In this document: one piece after another, positions 15,897-22,570 of the stretch
Numbering within the stretch: position 1 is the stretch's first letter
Layout of the letters: each line of letters opens with the position of its first letter
Assembly: GCA_036339875.1 (NCBI GenBank)
Contig: JAYZAC010000125.1
Location: 1-22,570 of the forward strand
Source of the DNA: a bacterium
GTDB lineage: Bacteria > Muiribacteriota > UBA6191
DNA: 22,570 nt
Direction of reading: 5' to 3'
Made by a program: the position numbers and the translations under genes
The notes under the pieces: generated by a model
What the model was told of the DNA's origin: nothing
The model's input: only the letters and a program-made list of their open reading frames with translations
Databases searched by the model: none

Positions 15897-16907
15897 CTAG
15901 ACTTCTACATCAGTGTCAGATTGAGATTCAAAACGAGAATGTGGTTGATTATCAAAGTGTGGCTTACGGTCCTCAAAGGCCGCCCTACCTTCCTCTATAA
16001 GATCTCCAATTTCTGATAGGTATCGTCTCGAATGATGAACTAGATTCAGTTTTTTAACTCCAGCCTTACGCGCCAATAAGCCCGAGAGGTATGAAGTACA
16101 ATGATGATGGCGTTTGGCAAAATCCCAATCGACATGCCTAAAAAATGATTCTATGTAGAGTTCATCGAGATTTTTGAAAAAACTTTCCAGCTTCTCGTGA
16201 TTCGCACCACCTCCTAAATGATCCATAGCATAACCAAGACTGAAGCCATCCGTTTCTTGTAAACAATGGAAAAGTTTATAGGCAGGCATACTTGTTTCTG
16301 AATTAATTTCTATTTCATCGTCAGGTTTATTTTTACGAAAAGCGTTCTTAAGATTTTCAATCCAAGGTCCGGGTTTGAATGGTATCTCAGTCATATTAAT
16401 GCGAGTATTTTCCTGCATACGATAAGCGATCGAATCTATTTTGTGATCAAGAACGCAAAAGCTAACTGAGATAGTGCCCTTTTGAAATATCACGTCACTA
16501 CGCTCACGTCTTATGTATCGGATACGCCAATCCGGTGGAGATAGTCTGAAAATTTTAAAGACTCCATCTCGTTGTACTTCGCGAACTTCGAAATAAGAGC
16601 CATTTCGCCCGATTAAGTTCCAAGTATAGGCCATTAGTTTGCCCTGTACATTATCAACAATGCCCTTCGGACCGGTTATTATTAAAGTATTACGGGAACC
16701 GGCTCGATTACGCAAAATTGCGTCAAAATTAACGAAGTGATCAACATGGGTATGGGTTACAAAAACCGCTTTGGTACGCATAACATCGCTTATTTGTAGG
16801 TTAGAAGCCACCCCACAATCAAATAAATAACTGTGCGGATGATTGTCAGGCGTAGCCATGACACAAATGTCTTCGGTGATTTTACTTTTTAGCTCACTGT
16901 GAATCAA
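15897..16907 (-). CDS. Ribonuclease Z-like metallo-beta-lactamase-fold hydrolase
   Basis: YLFDCG, HTHVDH (HxHxDH), LDH, exosite-like PGPW, HHH-C-T and HHSRRY motifs. TTG start. Confidence 0.8.
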   Translation of the reverse strand: MIHSELKSKITEDICVMATPDNHPHSYLFDCGVASNLQISDVMRTKAVFVTHTHVDHFVNFDAILRNRAGSRNTLIITGPKGIVDNVQGKLMAYTWNLIGRNGSYFEVREVQRDGVFKIFRLSPPDWRIRYIRRERSDVIFQKGTISVSFCVLDHKIDSIAYRMQENTRINMTEIPFKPGPWIENLKNAFRKNKPDDEIEINSETSMPAYKLFHCLQETDGFSLGYAMDHLGGGANHEKLESFFKNLDELYIESFFRHVDWDFAKRHHHCTSYLSGLLARKAGVKKLNLVHHSRRYLSEIGDLIEEGRAAFEDRKPHFDNQPHSRFESQSDTDVEV

Positions 16908-16965
16908 AAGAATTACCTGTCTTGATGGGCTGTTTGATTTTATCTTAATTCATGAGGCATGGGAA

Positions 16966-16994
16966 GTGACAGTAACGGCTTTAGAAGTTACAAT
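16966..16994 (+). promoter_or_regulatory. Sigma70-type promoter of the thrS operon
   Basis: GTGACA (16966-16971), 17-nt spacer, TACAAT (16989-16994); GGAG SD at 17031-17034. Confidence 0.6.
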
Positions 16995-17042
16995 GTAACG
17001 TTTTAATTCAACAGACCTCTTTAAATTATTGGAGATACAGTA

Positions 17043-18839
17043 ATGGAGCTTACTGAACATAATCAAGAACTTTACAAAATTCGTCACTCTTTGGCACACA
17101 TATTGGCTCAAGCAGTGCTCGAGATTCAACCTGATGCTGAACTTGGCTTTGGACCTCCCATAAGTACTGGTTTTTATTATGATTTTCGTCTCAGTAAGCC
17201 TTTCAGCCCTGAAGATTTAAAAGATATTGAAAAACGGATGAAAAAGATTATTAAATCTAATCAAAAATTTGAGCAGTATGAAAAGAGTAGCGATCAGACT
17301 GTGGATTATCTGAAAAATCACAATCAACCTTTGAAAGCTGAGTATGCTGGAGAACTGGGTGAAAAGTTTGAGAATTTATCTTTTTATCAGAATGGTCCTT
17401 TTACAGACATGTGCGAAGGACCTCATGTTGAATCTACCCGTAAAATACCCAAGGGTTGCTTCAAGCTTGATTCTATAGCAGGCTCCTATTGGCGAGGCGA
17501 TTCTAGTCAGCCCATGCTAATGAGAATTTATGGTTTAGCTTTCGAATCAAAAGATAAACTTACTCAATTTATTGAAGAGCGTCGTTTAGCTCAAGAGCGC
17601 GATCACCGTAAATTGGGTCGAGAGTTAGATTTATATGTGATGGATGATGAAGTAGGTCAGGGTCTGCCATTATGGTTGCCTAACGGTACAGTTTTGAGAG
17701 AAGAATTAGAGTCTCTTGCTAAGGATATGGAATTTCAGCAGGGCTATCAAAGAGTAGCCACGCCCCATATTACCAAAGAGAGCCTATATTACACGTCAGG
17801 TCATCTTCCCTACTATAAAGATACGATGTATGCGCCTATAGAAATTGATGGCGACAATTATTATCTAAAGCCTATGAATTGCCCACATCATCATAAGATT
17901 TTTGATTCTAGATTGAGGAGTTACAGGGAACTACCCTTACGTTTGGCTGAATATGGCACCTGTTATCGATATGAACATTCAGGTAGTCTCTCAGGACTTC
18001 TCAGGGTCCGAGCATTGGCTATGAATGATGCTCATATTTACTGTACTGAAGATCAGGTACGAGATGAGTTTAAGGCGGTTCTTCAAATGCATAAAGATTA
18101 TTACGAAAAGTTTCGTATCAATCAATATTGGACTCGTTTGAGTTTACATGCCTCGGATGGGGAAAAATTTATTGAAGCAGGAGATCGCTGGGAATTTGCA
18201 GAAGGCATTGTGCGTGAGTGTCTCGAAGACTTGGACATTCCCTTCACTGCAGAACGTGGTGAGGCAGCTTTTTATGGTCCCAAGGTAGACTTTCAGATTC
18301 GTAACGTAATCGGACGTGAGGAGACAGCCTCTACGAACCAACTCGATTTTCTAGTGGCTTCCAGATTTGGATTAAAGTATAAAGGAGAAGATGGTAAGGA
18401 ACATGAGCCATACATAATTCATAGAGCTCCATTAGGTACACATGAGCGTTTTATTGCGTTCTTGATTGAGCATTTTGGAGGTGCTTTCCCTACATGGATG
18501 GCACCAGTACAGGTTCGCCTTATTCCCGTAGCAGAAGCTTTTGTTGATTATGCATATGAAATACAGCAAATATTGCATCGACAGAGTTTTAGAGTGCAAC
18601 TGGATGACTCAAACGATTCTTTTGGTAAAAAGATTCGTAACGCCGTGACCAGCAAGATTCCAAATATGTTGATTTTGGGAGAAAAAGAAATGCAATCGCG
18701 TTCGATTACCTGGCGACGTTACTGTAAAAAAGAACAAGTTTCCTTGGGTCTTGATGATTACATTGGTTTGCTAAAAAGAATGCGTGATCAGCGCTTTATG
18801 GATAATTTTGAGGATACACAATTACCTTTGGAGGACTAG
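17043..18839 (+). CDS. thrS: Threonine--tRNA ligase, lacking the N-terminal TGS/N1 domain
   Basis: RHSLAH, DMCEGPH, RDHRKLG, KPMNCP, GLLRVR, AAFYGPK and IHRA..G..ERF motifs; anticodon-binding domain with KKIR. Confidence 0.97.
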   Translation: MELTEHNQELYKIRHSLAHILAQAVLEIQPDAELGFGPPISTGFYYDFRLSKPFSPEDLKDIEKRMKKIIKSNQKFEQYEKSSDQTVDYLKNHNQPLKAEYAGELGEKFENLSFYQNGPFTDMCEGPHVESTRKIPKGCFKLDSIAGSYWRGDSSQPMLMRIYGLAFESKDKLTQFIEERRLAQERDHRKLGRELDLYVMDDEVGQGLPLWLPNGTVLREELESLAKDMEFQQGYQRVATPHITKESLYYTSGHLPYYKDTMYAPIEIDGDNYYLKPMNCPHHHKIFDSRLRSYRELPLRLAEYGTCYRYEHSGSLSGLLRVRALAMNDAHIYCTEDQVRDEFKAVLQMHKDYYEKFRINQYWTRLSLHASDGEKFIEAGDRWEFAEGIVRECLEDLDIPFTAERGEAAFYGPKVDFQIRNVIGREETASTNQLDFLVASRFGLKYKGEDGKEHEPYIIHRAPLGTHERFIAFLIEHFGGAFPTWMAPVQVRLIPVAEAFVDYAYEIQQILHRQSFRVQLDDSNDSFGKKIRNAVTSKIPNMLILGEKEMQSRSITWRRYCKKEQVSLGLDDYIGLLKRMRDQRFMDNFEDTQLPLED

Positions 18840-18842
18840 TCA

Positions 18843-19814
18843 ATGATTTTAATTACGGGGGGAGCCGGGTTCATTGGTTCGGCTTGGGTATGGCATCTTA
18901 ATCAGTTGGGTGAAAAGAATATTGTTATTGTTGATCATCTAGGTACTTCAGATAAATGGCGTAATTTGGTACCTCTAAATTACAGCGACTATATTGAGAA
19001 GGATGACTTCCTGACATCTCTTAAAGCTGGTTTATATAAAGGTCAATTTAGTGAGGTTTATCATCTTGGAGCATGTTCTGCTACAACTGAATCTGATGCC
19101 AGTTATTTAATTCATAACAACTTTGAATACAGCAAAGTACTACTAAATTTTTGTACAGAAGAGGATATCACTTTGTATTATGCCTCTTCAGCAGCAACCT
19201 ATGGTGATGGTGGGCGTGGCTACTCTGACTTTGCGGAACTGTCTGATTTAAGACCATTAAACATGTACGGATATAGCAAGCATATGTTTGATAGATACGT
19301 GCATGCTCAAGGGCTTCTCGATAAAGTAGTCGGTCTCAAGTTTTTCAATGTATGGGGACCTAATGAATACCATAAAGGTAGTATGCGCTCGATGGTAGTA
19401 AAAGCTTATGAGCAAATTCAGCAGACTGGTAAGGTGCAATTATTTAAGAGTCATCATCAAGACTATGAAGATGGTCGACAAATGCGTGACTTCGTTTACA
19501 TCAAAGATGTTGTGAGAATGATGCAGAGTTTGCGACAGAATAAACGTGTTAACGGATTAATCAATATTGGTTCGGGAAATGCGCATACATGGATTGATTT
19601 GATCAATCCAATCTTTGAGGCTCTGGAGCTTGAATCCCGAATTGAATTTATTGATATGCCTCCAGTATTACGTGAGAAATATCAATATTTTACCCAAGCG
19701 GACATGCGTAAATATGATCAGGCTGGTTTAGAGAGATTTGAAACTCCCTTGTCTGATGCTGTTCAAGATTTTGTAATGAATTATCTCCGAACAGATCAGG
19801 TATTGGGATACTAG
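18843..19814 (+). CDS. hldD: ADP-L-glycero-D-manno-heptose 6-epimerase
   Basis: ITGGAGFIGS, HLGACSATTE, YASSAATYG, PLNMYGYSK, FFNVWGPNEYHKG.M.S and KYQYFTQAD motifs. Confidence 0.95.
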   Translation: MILITGGAGFIGSAWVWHLNQLGEKNIVIVDHLGTSDKWRNLVPLNYSDYIEKDDFLTSLKAGLYKGQFSEVYHLGACSATTESDASYLIHNNFEYSKVLLNFCTEEDITLYYASSAATYGDGGRGYSDFAELSDLRPLNMYGYSKHMFDRYVHAQGLLDKVVGLKFFNVWGPNEYHKGSMRSMVVKAYEQIQQTGKVQLFKSHHQDYEDGRQMRDFVYIKDVVRMMQSLRQNKRVNGLINIGSGNAHTWIDLINPIFEALELESRIEFIDMPPVLREKYQYFTQADMRKYDQAGLERFETPLSDAVQDFVMNYLRTDQVLGY

Positions 19815-19825
19815 GAAATACTCCA

Positions 19826-20725
19826 ATGTATTACCAGGAACCTGTCTTTCGTCCCCCTAGTGAAGCTCGATCTTTATTAGTCCAGTGTTCGATTGGTTGT
19901 TCTTACAAGTGTACTTTTTGTGCTATGTATCGAACTAAAAAGTTCGCGATTCGTCCGTTAACCGAAATCAAACAAGATCTTCAAGAATCCAAACAAATCC
20001 ATGGTGATCAGATTCGAAAGATATTTCTATTAGATGGAAACGCTTTTCTAATGCATCCTAGAATGATGATTGAAGTTTGTGAGTTGGCCTTCAAACTTCA
20101 TCCGAACCTTCAACGAGTAGCTTGCTACGGTCATGCTGGCGATATTTTAAGAAGAAGCGATCAAGAATTACTTGCTGTAAGGAAAGCTGGCTTGAAGATC
20201 GTTTATCTAGGAGTAGAAACAGGTGATGATGAACTTTTAAGAAAGATCAATAAAGAAGCTAGCAGTGACGAAATTGCTTTGGCAACTCAACGGTTGCATG
20301 CGGCTGGGATTATCGTTTCATCAACTATTTTACTGGGCTTAGCAGGAAACGATAGTAAGTTATCTCAACAGCATGCAATTCAAACTGCTAAACTGGTCAA
20401 TCGAATGAAACCGCCTAGCAGAAGACCGTGGTATGTTTCAGCACTAACTTATATTCCTGTGCCCGATACCGAGATCCATGATGAGGTTCAAAGAGGAGAG
20501 TTTCATTGTGCCGAACCTGATCAAATATTATCTGAATTAGATACTTTTTTCACAAATTTAGATGACGAATTAAAAGGTTGTATATTTCGCTCCAATCATG
20601 CTTCTAATTACCTTCCATTACAGTCCAACGAATTAGGTCGAGATCGCCATAAGTTGAAGCAAGTGGTTCAAGGTGCACTTACTAATCCAAGTATTTTGAG
20701 GGCTGACTGGATGCGTGGATTATAA
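19826..20725 (+). CDS. Radical SAM protein of unknown function
   Basis: RPPSEA.SL..Q...GCSYKCTFC.MY (CxxxCxxC), YLGVETG and FRSNHASNY, typical of a widespread uncharacterised radical SAM family. Confidence 0.85.
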   Translation: MYYQEPVFRPPSEARSLLVQCSIGCSYKCTFCAMYRTKKFAIRPLTEIKQDLQESKQIHGDQIRKIFLLDGNAFLMHPRMMIEVCELAFKLHPNLQRVACYGHAGDILRRSDQELLAVRKAGLKIVYLGVETGDDELLRKINKEASSDEIALATQRLHAAGIIVSSTILLGLAGNDSKLSQQHAIQTAKLVNRMKPPSRRPWYVSALTYIPVPDTEIHDEVQRGEFHCAEPDQILSELDTFFTNLDDELKGCIFRSNHASNYLPLQSNELGRDRHKLKQVVQGALTNPSILRADWMRGL

Positions 20726-20807
20726 GGTTTGATCTAATTCATTAATGAGTTTGATGGTTTTCGATTCTAGCTGCTTAACACGGACTGAATTTATTGTCTG
20801 TTTACAG

Positions 20808-21179
20808 TTAGGATTTATATACTGCAAAAGCAAATAAAGCCCAGCCTGCAAGCAGGCTGAGTCCACCAAACGGTGTAATGGCTCCCAACCATCTTATGCT
20901 AGTAAGAGCCAGTATGTAAAGTGAACCACTAAAAATTAGCATTCCAATAATTAGTGCCCATCCTGACCATAAAAACCAGTGAGTATCACCAAACAATTTG
21001 AGGCTCAGGGCTACAATAGCCAGTCCTAAACAGTGCAGCATGTGATACAACACAGCGGTGTTCCAAATATTAAGCATTTCTTGCGATATTTTTTGTTTAA
21101 GGCCGTGAGCACCAAATGCACCGAAGGCTACTCCTAAAAACATTCCTATACCACTCATAATAAGAAATTGTTTAACCAT
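20808..21179 (-). CDS. DUF423 (YgdD/TMEM256) family membrane protein
   Basis: GAFGAHGLK, YH..H, IFSGSLY.LAL and GAITPFGG motifs. Confidence 0.9.
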   Translation of the reverse strand: MVKQFLIMSGIGMFLGVAFGAFGAHGLKQKISQEMLNIWNTAVLYHMLHCLGLAIVALSLKLFGDTHWFLWSGWALIIGMLIFSGSLYILALTSIRWLGAITPFGGLSLLAGWALFAFAVYKS

Positions 21180-21188
21180 ATGGTTCTC

Positions 21189-22535
21189 CTAATAGATTAA
21201 TAAAATGCCGCTGAAGAGGCAAATTCCTAAAAGCATCACGGTGATGCAGTAGCCCATTATTTGACTGGCTTTCAAACCGGTTATACCAAGTAGTGCTAAT
21301 GCCCAGAATGGTTGTAAAAGATTAGTCCACTGGTCACCATAGCAGAAAGCTAGAATAGTCTTCGATAAGTCACCATTAAGTTGCTGAAGTACTTCCACCA
21401 TGATTGGCCCTTGAACGGCCCACTGCCCTCCTCCAGATGGTACGAAGATATTGAGTATGCCAGCACTGAAAAAAGTGAGTAGAGGTAGTGAACTTTTACT
21501 CGCTGTAGCCACAACAGTGTTAACCGTCATGTTTGCTAATCCGCTAGATTTCATCATACTCATAATACCTGCGTAGAGAGGAAACTGAAGAATAATACCA
21601 GAACAAGCCTGCACACCTGCATGGATGGCTTTAACATAACGAATCGGTGTACCGTGAAATAAAATCCCCAAACTTAAAAATAAAAGATTCACATTATTCA
21701 AGTTAAGAAACTTTTGCCAGCCTAATTTTTGTACCAATAGACTGACCATTATTACTCCTGCAGAACCAAGTAAAAATGCTAGAGCTTTAGAATTTTCTAG
21801 TTTAGTGGCTAAACCATCAGCACCTGATAACTCAGGTAAATCCTTGGAAGTACTGTCAATTTCAGGAAGCACTTCATTAATACTGATCATTTCCTCTTCA
21901 TTTTTTGGTGACATTAAATAAAATAAGACAGGTAATCCAATAATCAGAAGTCCACTTACCATAAGATTCAATGAATGAAACAGGGTAAGTGATGGGTCAA
22001 TAATTCCTATTTTGGATTCAAGAAAATGACCTGATTGATTTAGTGTTAAAGGTGCGGAACCGCTTAATCCTCCATGCCAAACTGCAAGTCCCATATAACC
22101 CGCTGCACCTAATAAAGGATAATGAACTTTCAGACCTCTTAAATGACATGCTTTGGCGACTTCTCTAGCTAATAATGCTCCAACTACAATGGCGAGTCCC
22201 CAATTAATGAAGCCAGTTAAAACAGAAACAAGACATACCATAGCAGCCGCTGATGCTGAGTTTTTTGGTATAGTAGCGACTGTTTTAACTAGAAAAATAA
22301 CTGGTTTACTACTTGCTAGTGCATAGCCTGTGACTAGAACAAGACACATTTTCATTGAGAATTTTAATAAGTTCCAAAGCCCAGATACCCAGAAACCAAA
22401 AATCTTAACAGCATCATGAGGTGTTAAACACCATGCAAGGCCAAAAGTTAGAAAGCTAAGTAAAATTGCAAATATGAATGGATCGGGCATCCAGCGTTCT
22501 GCCTTAGCGCACATGTAGCGTCCCAGTGCTTCCAC
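21189..22535 (-). CDS. atoE: Short-chain fatty acid transporter
   Basis: MPDPFIFA, VTGYALA, NWG, WHGGLSGSAPL, QFPLYAGI, FVPSGGGQWAVQGP and N..QPFWAL motifs. GGAGG SD before GTG 22535. Confidence 0.9.
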   Translation of the reverse strand: MEALGRYMCAKAERWMPDPFIFAILLSFLTFGLAWCLTPHDAVKIFGFWVSGLWNLLKFSMKMCLVLVTGYALASSKPVIFLVKTVATIPKNSASAAAMVCLVSVLTGFINWGLAIVVGALLAREVAKACHLRGLKVHYPLLGAAGYMGLAVWHGGLSGSAPLTLNQSGHFLESKIGIIDPSLTLFHSLNLMVSGLLIIGLPVLFYLMSPKNEEEMISINEVLPEIDSTSKDLPELSGADGLATKLENSKALAFLLGSAGVIMVSLLVQKLGWQKFLNLNNVNLLFLSLGILFHGTPIRYVKAIHAGVQACSGIILQFPLYAGIMSMMKSSGLANMTVNTVVATASKSSLPLLTFFSAGILNIFVPSGGGQWAVQGPIMVEVLQQLNGDLSKTILAFCYGDQWTNLLQPFWALALLGITGLKASQIMGYCITVMLLGICLFSGILLIY

Positions 22536-22570
22536 TAAAACCTCCGACTAATTTCTAGTGTTTAACTTTT

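Noticed and set aside
16908..17042. T-box riboswitch upstream of thrS
   Set aside because: The region is only 135 nt, with no GGTGGNACC T-box consensus and no terminator hairpin.
2680..19439. Other short ORFs nested in or antisense to assigned genes (e.g. 2680-2967, 7704-7895, 8355-8603, 9588-9893, 10423-10698, 18144-18341)
   Set aside because: They lie entirely or almost entirely within well-supported genes and show no independent coding signals.
9160..22535. kamA plus atoE as a lysine-fermentation locus
   Set aside because: The genes are about 11 kb apart on opposite strands, and the other pathway genes are absent from the window.
1..22570. CRISPR arrays, tRNA/rRNA genes, IS elements, prophage or defence systems
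   Set aside because: Intergenic gaps are short, and I saw no periodic repeats, cloverleaf motifs, transposase/integrase motifs or defence-domain motifs by eye.

Overview
Gene-dense, AT-rich bacterial chromosomal segment read in the standard bacterial code, with about 23 CDS. I found no rRNA, tRNA, CRISPR array, transposase, integrase or phage genes. The organism is an LPS diderm (lpxK, hldD/rfaD) that also carries an OmpM-like SLH-coiled-coil-porin, makes menaquinone by the futalosine route (mqnB, mqnD) and has a type IV pilus retraction ATPase (pilT). Order: cNMP-binding/GAF protein and pilT (-); SLH-porin (+); lpxK (-); a tightly coupled four-gene (+) cluster (secreted helical protein, small CxxC thioredoxin, 90-aa protein with a histone-fold-like or PCP_red-like motif, small exported coiled-coil protein); sbtB-like and sbtA-like (-); 2-Cys peroxiredoxin (-); kamA-mqnB-mqnD (+); tandem FGE-sulfatase-domain protein and 2TM-RCK K+ channel (-); RlmI-like methyltransferase (+); RNase Z-like hydrolase (-); thrS-hldD-radical SAM (+); DUF423 and atoE (-). 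Most of the window is housekeeping. The best candidates for new biology are the 5473-6964 cluster with its histone-like ORF, the cNMP-GAF/PilT pair, the SLH-porin architecture and a probable internal start that would yield a soluble RCK domain. All family assignments come from motif recognition by eye; no database searches were run.
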